NCBI GenBank assembly: GCA_950097015.1
Contig: CATNEN010000007.1
Coordinates: 11,594,001-11,658,000, forward strand
From: Macrostomum hystrix
Lineage: Eukaryota; Animalia; Platyhelminthes
Length of the DNA stretch: 64,000 bases
Direction of reading: 5' to 3'
Of the stretch, positions 37,621 through 48,900 are shown one piece after another (the stretch's first letter is position 1; every line of letters starts with the position of its first letter). Made by a program: the position numbers and the translations under genes. The notes beneath the pieces are model-generated. The model searched no databases. It worked only from the letters and a program-made list of their open reading frames with translations, and was not told the DNA's origin.

Positions 37621-38016
37621 GCCAGGTTTTGCAAATGATTTATAATTAATCTTGTCAATTCCATGGAAGCTGCTGATGTGGCCAAAGTTTATTGGTCTGC
37701 AATTAGCAGATTTCAGTGAAAGAAATACGAAATAAATTCCGACTCGATATAGCAAAGGCCGCATGACAATCTTGGGAGTTGTAGGCCCGCAGGCTATAAT
37801 ATAGGGGAGTTAAGTGATCGTCTCCATTAAAAACTTAACCATTTTTGTTATAAAGTTTTTAACATTAGATTCATTTTAGTTAAGCATAAGAATGTGAGGT
37901 GTTGTGAGGTTAAAAATACCAATGTTCAGCTCACTGTAGACAGCGCAAATCCTTAGGCTCGTCATGTCTTCTAAAACCTTGAGTAGTCGTCCATCCGCAG
38001 CCGGCACTGTAACGGG

Positions 38017-39438
38017 CTAAACGGCGTTCAGCAGAGGCCGCTGTTCAGAATTCGAGTCTGGAACTTCACTCACGTTGCCGTCATGGGCGGCCGAATCTGG
38101 AAACTCAGAAAGCTGTGAGGCGATGGGCAGCGTGACGAATTTGTGGTAGGTGAAGCAGCTCAGGAGACACGGTATGGCGATCAGGTGGTAGACGCAGAAC
38201 AGGGGCTTCTGTCCGCGTCCGCTGATTTCGTCCACGACAAGGAGAACCAGTCGACCGAAAAAGTAGCGAAGTCCCCACACCGTGAACATGACGCCTAGGA
38301 TCAGGCACTGGGCACTTCCTGGCAGAATGCTGCAACCGAGGTCGTAGGCCGCGACCATCACAAGCATCTCGGACACCCCGTCCAGGATGGATACAGTGGT
38401 GTACACAGCCACTGTCGCTGACGCATTGCTCAGCCCCAATGCGGTGACAACAGCGAGAAACAGCTCGACCGCAGCCTTCAGCAGGATGCCCGGCAGCAGT
38501 CGCTTGGACACGGACAGCCTTCTCGGACTTCTGAAAGCGAAAAGTATAAACGGCGGCATCAGAACCAGCATGCTGAAGTACTGTACACAGTTGGGTGACA
38601 GCCAGGGATGCTTGGCGATGTCCACCGTCGCATTGAGGAAGTAGCTCATTTCCGCTACATAAACCTTTTCTCGCGCCTCACTTTGAAAGGCCAGGAACAG
38701 AATCAGCGCCGAGAAGACTTGGAAATACTTGACCATCCGCCTTATCGTGGGCAGTTCAAATGCCTCATCCTCACGGACTTCGGGTAGAAGCAGTGTCAGA
38801 ATCAGGAAGAGAACACTGAGGGCAATGAACACAAGCGTGAACTTCTGGCCAAAAGCCCGAAAGCAGGCCAACTGCAAAAGAGGCACACTCATGAGGTCTC
38901 CCAACTCGAATGCCGCGTAGTAGATCAGGGAAACCACCGTGCACAGCTTGTCCTTTCGGTACCAGCGAAACATGGCGAGGTTAATATTCGAATGTATCAG
39001 TCCGACGAACAATGGGACGGCTAGCCAAGCTACATCGGTCATGCCGGATCTCTGACACACGAGGCCGAGTTGCACTGCCCCTGACAGGAGAACTGTAGAC
39101 AGCAGCATCACGAAGCCGCCGATCTGGAGAACCCTTTTGCAACCGAGCCAAGCGCTGGACAATGCCCCTCCGACAATCGGCAGCATGTACCTGCCAACGT
39201 AAACCCACTCTGTGAATGTTAGTCCGAAGTCAGACGGGTCGTACGGTTTGCTGCCTTCAAGGCTGCAGCTCGGTCCGCTGTTCTCAGACTCCGTATTGTT
39301 TTCAAGGTGAAAGTTGCCAGGATCCAGTGTGCGGAACTCGCCTACAACAAGCAGATAGACGAGCTTCATCATACTAGCCAGGAGAATGCAGTGCCAGGCC
39401 TTGGAGTGCTGCGTCATTCTTCTGCTGCTTGATGTCAT
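38017..39438 (-). CDS. Intronless, divergent POT/PTR2 (SLC15-like) MFS transporter, 473 aa
   Basis: About 12 hydrophobic segments. YMLPIVGGALSSAWLGCKRVLQIGG resembles the POT YxxPxxGxxxADxxxG loop, LSVSKRLLPGILL resembles LqrigiG, and GVSEMLVMVAAYDLGCSILPGSAQCLILG resembles GExxxxxxxxEFxYxxAPxxM. Confidence 0.75.
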   Translation of the reverse strand: MTSSSRRMTQHSKAWHCILLASMMKLVYLLVVGEFRTLDPGNFHLENNTESENSGPSCSLEGSKPYDPSDFGLTFTEWVYVGRYMLPIVGGALSSAWLGCKRVLQIGGFVMLLSTVLLSGAVQLGLVCQRSGMTDVAWLAVPLFVGLIHSNINLAMFRWYRKDKLCTVVSLIYYAAFELGDLMSVPLLQLACFRAFGQKFTLVFIALSVLFLILTLLLPEVREDEAFELPTIRRMVKYFQVFSALILFLAFQSEAREKVYVAEMSYFLNATVDIAKHPWLSPNCVQYFSMLVLMPPFILFAFRSPRRLSVSKRLLPGILLKAAVELFLAVVTALGLSNASATVAVYTTVSILDGVSEMLVMVAAYDLGCSILPGSAQCLILGVMFTVWGLRYFFGRLVLLVVDEISGRGQKPLFCVYHLIAIPCLLSCFTYHKFVTLPIASQLSEFPDSAAHDGNVSEVPDSNSEQRPLLNAV

Positions 39439-39779
39439 TTGCCAGAAAATTTATTAAAAAATCATAAACGCGGCCTCCAAGTTTTATCGAAGGCAGAAAA
39501 AAAATATTTGGTTCTTGTAAACTTCCTTGAAGCTCCATTTCCTTTTGGACGTCTGCAGGGTCCATCTATAATGGTTTGCAGCCAGGGCCCCAGTTTTCTA
39601 ATGGTTGTTTCCGCGGAAAGTTACCAGCTTTGTTTGGTTTGTGTGCGGCTGTTGATGCGCAGCGTAGAGGCAAGGGTTTGAGAGCCAGTACAGACCTACA
39701 AGGTGAAGCTCGAGCTAGGCATAACTCTCATTCATTTGTGTTCTGCATTCTATCGATCGGACTCGTTCCTCGTTCACAC

Positions 39780-40705
39780 GGTCAGCAAGCTGAGCAGCGA
39801 TTTTCCGGGTGACGAATTTGTGGTAGGCGAAGCAGATCAGGTGGATGAAGAACAGAGGCTGTGAACCGGCTGTGTATTTGCGGCCCTTGCCAACATTCAG
39901 GAGCAATGCTCGGCTGATCAGGGACTGAGCACTGTTGGCCAGAACTGAGCACAACAGATCGAACGTAGCGCATCGTAGTGCCAGTCCTGTTGGCTCATGG
40001 CAGGCTTGTAGAATGCAGTGCCAGTCCTGTAGGCTCATGGCAGGCTTGTAGAATGCAGTGCCAGTCCTGTAGGCTCATGGCAGGCTTGCAGAATGCAGTG
40101 CCAGTCCTGTTGGCTCATGGCAGGCTTGCAGAATGCAGTGCCAGTCCTGTTGGCTCATGGCAGGCTTGCAGAATGCAGTGCCAGTCCTGTAGGCTCATGG
40201 CAGGCTTGCAGAATGCAGTGCCAGTCCTGTAGGCTCATGGCAGGCTTGCAGAATGCAGTGCCAGTCCTGTAGGCTCATGGCAGGCTTGCAGAATGCAGTG
40301 CCAGTCCTGTAGGCTCATGGCAGGCTTGCAGAATGCAGTGCCAGTCCTGTAGGCTCATGGCAGGCTTGCAGAATGCAGTGCCAGTCCTGTTGGCTCATGG
40401 CAGGCTTGCAGAATGCAGTGCCAGTCCTGTTGGCTCATGGCAGGCTTGCAGAATGCAGTGCCAGTCCTGTTGGCTCATGGCAGGCTTGCAGAATGCAGTG
40501 CCAGTCCTGTTGGCTCATGGCAGGCTTGCAGAATGCAGTGCCAGTCCTGTTGGCTCATGGCAGGCTTGCAGAATGCAGTGCCAGTCCTGTTGGCTAGGCT
40601 AACAAAGTCCCGCAGCAATAAAAGTTGTTCATCTTGTGATGCCAAGATGCAAAGCTTGCCCCTGCTTGGTAATTCAGGCGGAGTTTCAAAAGTGCCTGTA
40701 GACAC
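39780..40705 (-). pseudogene. Collapsed paralog of the adjacent SLC15-like gene, interrupted by a minisatellite
   Basis: ATFDLLCSVLANSAQSLI...SQPLFFIHLICFAYHKFVTRKIAAQLAD aligns with AAYDLGCSILPGSAQCLI...QKPLFCVYHLI...FTYHKFVTLPIASQLSE. The N-terminal WHCIL is retained inside the repeat and the central ~1 kb is absent. Confidence 0.75.
39977..40595. repeat. 40-bp minisatellite, ~15 copies
   Basis: Unit gaatgcagtgccagtcctgtwggctcatggcaggcttgca. Confidence 0.96.
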
Positions 40706-41102
40706 CGAAAATACAAGACAAAGCCCGGAAGCCCTTTTTAATGGCAGTTGAAGCAGATTTGGTTGGCTGTTTATTGAATTGAATAATTTTGGCTCTCAAA
40801 CCCAAAGAAAACAAGCCGCATACGAGCCGAATTGGCTACTCAGAGTACTAACTGATGCGCATTGTATAATACGAGTATTGCATTTCCATTTACGCTACCA
40901 TACAGGGTAAAGTATCATATGTGCAGTACAAGTAATAGGAATAAAATAAATTGAACTTGCATGCATTATATTTTTTGCACTTTTAACAAACATCAGGAAA
41001 AACAACTTAGTGCCAGCGAAGCATATTTTCTAGATAAAATCTCTCTCAAAGTCGCTCTGGGGACAATCATGCCATTGCGAACCGGGATTTCAATCAATTC
41101 TT

Positions 41103-41412
41103 TTAGTTGTGCGATTTTGGCCGCTGCTGCTGCTGCTCTTCATCCCACTCCTGCTGTTGCTGCTGCTGCTGCTGCTCTTCCTCCCACTCCTGCTGTTGCT
41201 GCTGCTGCTGCTCTTCCTCCCACTCCTGCTGTTGCTGCTGCTGCTGCTGCCCGCCGGTCGGCTGGAAGCGCTCACTGCTGGGGTTGAGCTGGTTGCTGTG
41301 GTTGTCCAGGTCGGGCTTGTCACCAGTGCCCTGGAAGCCGCGCTGGTGACCTTGGTAGATCTCATGAGTCGCACTGGTTGGACTTGTTGTCGGCAGCCGC
41401 TTTGTGGCTCAT
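41103..41412 (-). pseudogene. Frameshifted copy 1 of the DNxxNQxNP-repeat peptide family
   Basis: MSHKAAADNKSNQC, then a ~5-nt deletion giving TGA at 41364-41362. The shifted frame continues HEIYQGHQRGFQGTGDKPDLDNHSNQLNPSSERFQPTGG(QnEWEEE)x3-like...RPKSHN*. Confidence 0.75.
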
Positions 41413-41896
41413 GCTGGCAGCTAATTTGTTGAGTTTGAGTTTGTTTCAGGCTCATGCTGGCAGCTAATTTGGTGAGTTTGAGTTTGTTTCAGGCTCATGC
41501 TGGCAGCTAATTTGGTGAGTTTGAGTTTGTTTCAGACTCATGCTGGTAGCTAACCCGTGCGCATTTTATTGCCGCGCTGCCCGCCGGCCCGGGCCGCCTG
41601 CCGCCGGGTCCGTGGGCGGCGGGCCGGACCGGACCGGACCCAGCCGGAGGTAGCCAGCCCGGGCCTCACCCGCCACCCGGGTGAGCAGCTAGCGGTGAGA
41701 CAGCACCGTCCGCATCTCCGCTTAGCCTGTCCCTAGCCTTGCCTATTCATTGCAGCAATCAATTTTGAATCAGCGATAGGGTCCCAACATTCCAAATTAC
41801 TTTGGAATGCTTGTGACAACAATCAATTCCTTGGACTCATCAACTGGTACTATTCTGCCTGAGCGCCACTGCTCAAAACCTCTCTTATTATTCCCC

Positions 41897-42038
41897 ATCG
41901 CTGAAACCCACTGCTATCGCTGAAACCCACTGCTATCGCTGAAACCCACTGCTATCGCTGAAACCCACTGCTATCGCTGAAACCCACTGCTATCGCTGAA
42001 ACCCACTGCTATCGCTGAAACCCACTGCTATCGCTGAA
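41897..42038. repeat. 19-bp minisatellite
   Basis: Unit atcgctgaaacccactgct, ~7.5 copies. Confidence 0.95.
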
Positions 42039-42237
42039 AAAAGCAAGGCAAAAAAGCTACTCAGATTGGCATTCCAAAGATGTTTATTTGAAGCAATTAG
42101 CAGTGCTCATTGCAGAAGATAACACTTATCAGCAAGCCTGCTTCAATCCTGCACTTCAATATTCATTCTGATTTCCGCAGTCCGGAAAAACTTGTCACTC
42201 ATTTCTCAAATCACTCTGCCCTTTTCACTCGTCTCAT

Positions 42238-42265
42238 TCACTTCTCCGCTTCGCATGATTTCTTT

Positions 42266-42311
<46 letters not shown>

Positions 42312-42474
42312 CACCAGGTGCCTGAAAGCGCTCATTGTTGGGGTTGAGCTGGTTGCTGTGGTTGCCCAGGTCGGGTTTGTCACCGGTGCCCTGGTAGGCG
42401 GACTGGTGACCGCGGTACTCAGTATGGGTGGGGTTGCACTGGTTGGACTTGTTGTCGGCAGCCGCCTTGTCCAT
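42238..42474 (-). CDS. Small DNxxNQxNP-repeat peptide, copy 2 (78 aa, polyQ tail)
   Basis: MDKAAADNKSNQCNPTH...DKPDLGNHSNQLNPNNERFQ. Candidate 5' UTR intron 42572-42491, TATA-like cataaata ~42640, AATAAA (minus) at 42083-42088. Confidence 0.82.
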
Positions 42475-42904
42475 ATTTTGGCAGTTGTATCTGCTTATCG
42501 AACGAATTATAATTTTTTTATAGGCAGACGGATGAAATGAGTAAAGATAACAGTGGGCGCCGGGCAGCCTACCTTGAATTTTGCTTTGAGATGAGATTAG
42601 AAGCTTGATGAGAGCTAGCTGAAATACCTCCTGTATTTATGATGAGGAATGAGCCCAACATGGAACTAAACCTGAGCATGCATTGGGCTATCCAATCCAG
42701 CAGTTAAAAATATCCATGACAAATGGCGGGAATAAGGAACTGCCCCGCAACCTTCCTCAGCCCGCAGGGGGTGGGGGTCGGGCTGCTCACGCGAACCCGA
42801 TCCCAGCGGGACAAACCGGCCGATCAATACCGCATTTTTCAGTCGATTATCTCAACCGCAGTAGTTTGATGGGCCGTGTTTTTCATTACACCTGCCCCAA
42901 CGGG

Positions 42905-43112
42905 TTCAGATGTGCAGCCTACAGCACAGCCGCATGGACTGGGAGGACGCTAGTTAAGTTAGCTACTGCTGGTAGCCATTTAACAGCTGGGTGCAGAACA
43001 AATGCTGAGTTAAGTGTCTTGCTACGGAACACAATTTTTTCCAAGTGGAGATGGGAATCGAACACCCGACCTTTAAGTTGTGAGTCCCACGCTTACTCCC
43101 CACTAGACCACA
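42905..43112 (-). mobile_element. CORE-type tRNA SINE
   Basis: Minus strand: A box gtggtctagtgg, B box gttcgattccc, CORE-like gcaagacacttaactcagc...cacccagctgttaaatgg, and 3' atgcggctgtgctgtaggctgcacat shared with ~55580. Confidence 0.72.
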
Positions 43113-43715
43113 AACTCCTCTAATAATAGGCCCTGCCAATGCCAAGGCTACGAAAGCGCTGCCAAGCAGTCATTGCAATCTCTTTCATAAGTTTTAAGTA
43201 CTCAAAGCGGAGTGAGCTACTGCAAGTAATAACCCAGGAGTAGATACGCGGTCTCGGGCTTGCAACCGCCGCTCTAAAATGAAGCCAGCTGGTTGTGTTT
43301 TCTTTCCACTGCAACAAAAGTACAAAATAATATTTTCCGGAAAGTGGTGACAACAAAAAGCAAGACGCCCGCCCCAGTCCAGAGAACTCCGGAGACTAAA
43401 GCTCAGTTAGTAAACACGCATTTTAGGGGGGTTCTCACTGGCATTGACGCTTAGTAATTTATTAGTACACGACAGTGTCTAGAAAAATTCCAAGAAAGTT
43501 TTTTTTACTAAAATTCACTATAAAACCCCTCGGCATCGCTCCAAGACCCGAAAAAATCCGGTAGTGAGAAAAATATTTTCACAACTCCAGCTCAAAATAT
43601 CCTAGCGACAAATACCTTGTGCGTAAGCTGTGGCCACTTTCTCATTGCTGTTGAATCCAGTTTCAGTGTTAACTCAACATAATCTATCCTTTGTAGAAGC
43701 ACTTCAACGAGCAAC

Positions 43716-43925
43716 ATGAGCGACAAAGCTGCAGCCGACAACAAGTCCAACCAGTGCAACCCCAACCACCCGGAGTTCCGCGGTCACCAGCCCGGCTATG
43801 TTGGCACCGGCGACAAGCCCGACCTGGACAACCACGGCAGACAGCTCAACCCCAATAATGAGCGCTACCAGCCACCTGGTGGGCAGGGCACTGCTGGACA
43901 TCAGCAGCAGCAGCCGCGCAAATGA
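43716..43925 (+). CDS. Small DNxxNQxNP-repeat peptide, copy 3 (69 aa)
   Basis: MSDKAAADNKSNQCNPNH...DKPDLDNHGRQLNPNNERYQ. Candidate TATAAAA 43519, 5' UTR intron gtaagc 43623 to ttgtag 43696, AATAAA 44176. Confidence 0.85.
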   Translation: MSDKAAADNKSNQCNPNHPEFRGHQPGYVGTGDKPDLDNHGRQLNPNNERYQPPGGQGTAGHQQQQPRK

Positions 43926-44334
43926 GCAGCACACCAGCGAGTGTTTGAGAACAAACTGCACTAAACTGCGGCTATTTATTCCCAAAGTGATGGGAAATCA
44001 TTAATTACACTGTAGGACAGCCTATACGCAGTTTTTGCACAATATTTCTTCAGAAAAAATAAGTAAACATTACTTTTTTACTTTGTACGATTTGTTCAAA
44101 ACATGTCTTCAACGTTTAGAACCATCTCTATGCAGCCATTGCCCAATAAGCCAAACTAAATTCACATTTACCATAAATAAAATAGTAAGGAGAAGTCATC
44201 TCCCTTATATCTAAGACCAGTAATCTAAGACCTTCGTGTTCTTCATGGTGTGAGAAGTGCCTTTTCTCTGGGCTCCTTTATGCATTTTCGCATCAACTAG
44301 CAGCCACTCAGTTTGCCGCTTTGTAAAAATTACA

Positions 44335-44600
44335 TGACAGACGATAGACAAGATAGACAAGATAGACAAGATAGACAAGACACAGGATAGATGAGACGGG
44401 AGATATGAGACAGGGAAGAGATGAGACACAGGAGAGGTGAGACACGGGATAGACGAAACAGGGGAGGATTGAGACAGAGATGAAATGAGACGGAAAAGAT
44501 GAGACGGTAGAGACAAGACACAGGACAGATGAGACCCAGGAGAGGATGAGAGTCTCCATCTCGATGAGAGAGATGAGACAGGGGAGAGATGTGACAGAGT
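44335..44600. repeat. Degenerate purine-rich (gagac/agat) low-complexity repeat
   Basis: Direct reading of the sequence. Confidence 0.8.
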
Positions 44601-44619
44601 ACTATAGGTGTTGGAAGGG

Positions 44620-44687
44620 GCAACGGGCCGGATTTGGGAGCTTTGAGGGCCGCATTTGGCCCGCGGGCCGGAGTTTGCCGACCCCTG
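44620..44687 (-). mobile_element. hAT-Charlie-like (MER58-type) transposon terminus
   Basis: Minus strand caggggtcggcaaactccggcccgcgggccaaatgcggccc closely resembles recalled MER58/Charlie ends. Partner end not identified. Confidence 0.7.
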
Positions 44688-45960
44688 GACAAGATGAATG
44701 CGTAATCTATTTATAGCTCGTTTTTTCCAGGAAATTTTCACCCGAGTACTGACTGTAACTGACTGTACGAGTGAGTTTTGGTCCTCCCCAAGACCACAAG
44801 CCGAGTGCATGCGCGCATGCGGGCAGGGTTGGTTGTGCTTGCAATTTCCTGGAAATTGGAAATCGCGATTTCCTGGCCCGCTATTTCTAGGAAATGGGAG
44901 CGCATTCCAGTACGTGCGATACCTGGGTCCTCTGACAGACTGTGAACAGAGTCAATAGATTTCTTGATCTGAGTATGTTAGGTGAATAGAAGCCCCTTTG
45001 TGCGCGCATATAGTAATATTTAATCCATTATGAGCCATGTGAGACAGCCGCCAGTGTACTTTTATGTGTTAGTAATCAGATTCTACTGATTACCAAAAAT
45101 CCCTTTTATAACAAATCTTTCTGGGGCCTTGCCTTTCTCACGAATGCGTTAGTTTGTGTCATTAAAAAACTAGAATCTGAATGCCATGGCACTGTCAATT
45201 TGGGCCATTCGAACCCTCTGGAAAATGCGCGAAAGAATCCAGCAACCAAACAATTAAACAAATTGGATCAGATCCCATTTTCATCATTAAAGTCCTTTGT
45301 TATTGATCTCCGGCAGTTTTGCTTCTCTAAATTGCGGATCCAAAATCTGCATCGCATTACTCATAGTAGTGAGACCTGAGTTAGAAGCGATTCGTAACAT
45401 TATACTACGTTTTTATCTATCTCGTATAAAGTATATGTCCAAAGCTAACTACTTGAAGTGTATGAGTATTTGACGTATTTGATACTGATAGCAGAATTAG
45501 TTCAGTTGAATAATAATGTTTCGCTGGGAGTGTCGCAGGAGGTTTCCTTCGTTATTCCATTTTAGGATGGCCAGACATTTCTACGAAAGCAAAAGTGCAG
45601 AAAAACATCACGTGACCCTGCCCCCGGACAGCCGGCGCAGCTGAACTTTTGCAGATGCTGCAGTGGAGCCTCACTGGCTTCTTCAAGCCTCCATTTGATG
45701 AATCGAAAGCACTGAACGCACTGCTGTTCGCATAGGCCAGATAACCACAAGTCAGCCCCAGCAATGCTCCAGCAGTTGCGCAGCCAGTGAAAGCTAATGT
45801 TATCAGTGAAAGCGCGCCTGTTATCGGGCGGGCTGGGCAGAGCAGAAGGCTGCAGCTGATAGCGGGCAGGCGACACTCGGCGCACTTGACAACAAGCTCT
45901 TCTACAAGCTGCTAAAGCTCGCTCACCGAGTTTAGTCTACGGCCAACCTGACTGGCAGCC

Positions 45961-48900
45961 ATGGAGCCCGCCGATGACGACAAGGCAGCCGTCATTGCGG
46001 AGTCACCCAACGAGCCGCCGAGAGCCGCGATGAGCCGCGGCCGCGCCGTGAAGAATCTCCTGGCTCTCGGGCTCTGCTTCGTGCTGATGTTCACCAGCTA
46101 CCAGGGCCTGTCAGCCGTGCAGAGCTCCTTCAACTCGGCTGACGGCCTGGGCGCTGCCGGCCTGGCGGTCACCTACGCCAGCGTCGTGGTCTCCTCACTG
46201 GCGCTGACGCCGCTTGCGATCGGGCGGCTCGGCCCAAAGCGGACAATGGCCGCGGCCTTGTGCGGCTACCTGTTGTACCTGGGCGCCAACTTCTACCCGC
46301 ACTGGGGCACCATCATCCCCGCCTCCCTGCTGCTCGGCCTCTGTGGTGCTCCGCTCTGGGCTGGCATGTCCGTCTACACCGTCCGGCTGGCTGGCTGCTT
46401 CGCCCAGGCCGAAGGCGACGGTCAGCGCAGCGTCGTATCAGTGTTCTTCGGCGTCTTCTTCACACTGTGCGCCAGCAGTGAGCGCTTGGAGTCGGGAGTG
46501 ACAGAGATGGGTGACAGGGAGTGAAAGGGGAGTGACAGTGATGGGGTGACAGGAGTGAAAGTGGAGTGACAGAGATGGGTGACAGAGTGAAAGGGGAGTG
46601 ACAGAGATGGGTGACAGGAAGTGAAAGGGGAGTGACAGAGATGAGTGACAGAGATGGGTGACAGGAAGTGAAAGGGGAGTGACAGAGATGAGTGACAGAG
46701 ATGGGTGACAGGAAGTGAAAGGGGAGTGACAGAGATGAGTGACAGAGATGGGTGACAGGAGTGAAAAGCGAGTGACAGAGATGGGTGACAGGAAGTGAAA
46801 GGGGAGTGACAGAGATGAGTGACAGAGATGGGTGACAGGAAGTAAAAGGGGAGTGACAGAGATGAGTGACAGAGATGGGTGACAGGAAGTGAAAGGGGAG
46901 TGACAGAGATGAGTGACAGAGATGGGTGACAGGAGTGAAAAGGGAGTGACAGAGATGGGTGACAGGAAGTGAAAGGGGAGTGACAGAGATGGGTGACAGG
47001 AAGTGAAAGGGGAGTGACAGAGATGGGTGACAGGAAGTGAAAGGGGAGTGACAGAGATGGGTGACAGGAAGTGAAAGGGGAGTGACAGAGATGGGTGACA
47101 GGAGTGAAAAGGGAGTGAAATGGGCCATGAGTGACATGGGATTGACAAAGTGGTATTTGTGACTGGGATGGAGGCGATAAGCATGAAATGAGGAATGAAA
47201 AGCAGCAAAACGCCTTTCTTTGCCTTGCTGCGACAGGCAACATCTGGGGCAACCTGATTTCATACCTGACACTAAGCGGTGAGCAACAGCAGCAGGTTGC
47301 CGCGGCCAACCTCAGCTGCGGCTTCCGGTTCTGCTCCACTTCTGTGGGTATCGCCAACGGGGACGGCGGCGGCGTGGAGAGGCCACCGATGTACAAGGTT
47401 CTGTGCCGACCTGGCAAATCAATAGGCAATATGCCCTTAAATTGCTAGCTGCTAACCTAATTAACACTAGCAAGCCCAAGAATCACCCCCAGCCATCCCC
47501 AAAGAAGCCAAGCCCAGTCAGCCAATCCCAGCCAACCAGCCACCCCAGCTAGCCAGCCAAGCCGTCAGCCAATCCCAGCCAACCAGCTACCCCAGCCAGC
47601 CAGCCAAGCCCAGTCAGCCAATCCCAGCCAACCAGCCACCCCAGCCGAGCCCAGTCCAAAAAATCCCAGCCAGCCAGCCGGCCAGCCAGACAGCGAAGCC
47701 CAGTCAGCCAATCCCAATCAGCCAAACCCAGTCAGCCAATCCCAATCAGCCAAGCCCAGTCAGCCAATCCCAATCAGCCAAGCCCAGTCAGCCAATCCCA
47801 ATCAGCCAAGCTCAGTCAGCCCATCCCAATCAGCCAATCATAGTAGCCAGCCGCCAAGCCAATTGATGCGCCCCGTGCTACCACAGTTCTACACGATGAT
47901 GGGCTGCTTCCTGGCCAGCGGGGCGCTGTCATTCGTGGTGCTGGTGCTGCTGGTGGACCGGACCGACTCGGACGCGGAACGGCGCAGCGTCACGATGGCG
48001 CAGCTTCGCGGCAACATCGGTGCGATGGTTCGTCACATGGCCGACTGGCGCCAAGTGCTGCTTCTCTGCCTCACCATCAATGTCGGCCTCAGCCAGTCAT
48101 TCGCAGTCAGCGACTTCACGGAGGTAGTCATTTTTGGGCCGACGATTAAGAGAGGAGAAAAAAAGAGAGCTCAATTTCCTGAGCCACTTCAACCCTCAAA
48201 AATGTCCCACAGGGCTTTGTGGCCTGCAGCAGCGGCATCGGCGCAGTCGGCCGGGTCATGATGTGCTATGGAGCCGGCCAGGTGCTGTCCGGGGGGCTCT
48301 TCGGATTGGCCGCCGGCAGGCTCGGCACAGTTCCGGTGCTGCTGACAGGTTAGTCTCCGATCGGCTCTGTGAGAGCTTTAATAGCTGTCTGTCAGTTGAG
48401 GCTGTCACTGTCTGTCAGGTTGAGGCTTTCACTGTCTGTCAGTTGAGGCAGTCACTGTCTGTCAGTTGAGGCTGTCACTTTCTGTCAGGTGAGGCTGTCA
48501 CTGTCTGTCAGTTGATGTTGTCACTGTCTATCGAGCATGGCTGTCACTGTCTGTCGAGCATGGCTGTCACTGTCTGTCGAGCATGGCTGTCACTGTCTGT
48601 CGAGCATGGCTGTCACTGTCTGTCGAGCATGGCTGTCACTGTCTGTCGAGCATGGCTGTCACTGTCTGTCTAGCATGGCTGTCACTGTCTGTCGAGCATG
48701 GCTGTCACTGTCTGCCAGGTGAGGCGGTGATTTTCTGTCTCCTCCCCGCAGCTGGCTGCTTCCAGATTGCCATGGAGGTCGCGGCCCTGTTCTGGCAGGC
48801 GAGCCCGGAGCCCGCTGCCTACTTTTATTGCTATGCATTCGCCTGGGGCTGCGTGGACACGGTGTGGAACTCTCAGATGAACGGTGAGCCTTTTGTGTTT

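Noticed and set aside
41570-41720. Very GC-rich, palindrome-rich patch
   Set aside because: Could be a transposon subterminal fragment or promoter, but no TIR/TSD pair could be identified.
43040-43112. tRNA gene candidates (also ~1190-1255 and ~2900-2976)
   Set aside because: A/B boxes are present but there is no clean cloverleaf, and each continues into a repeated SINE body.
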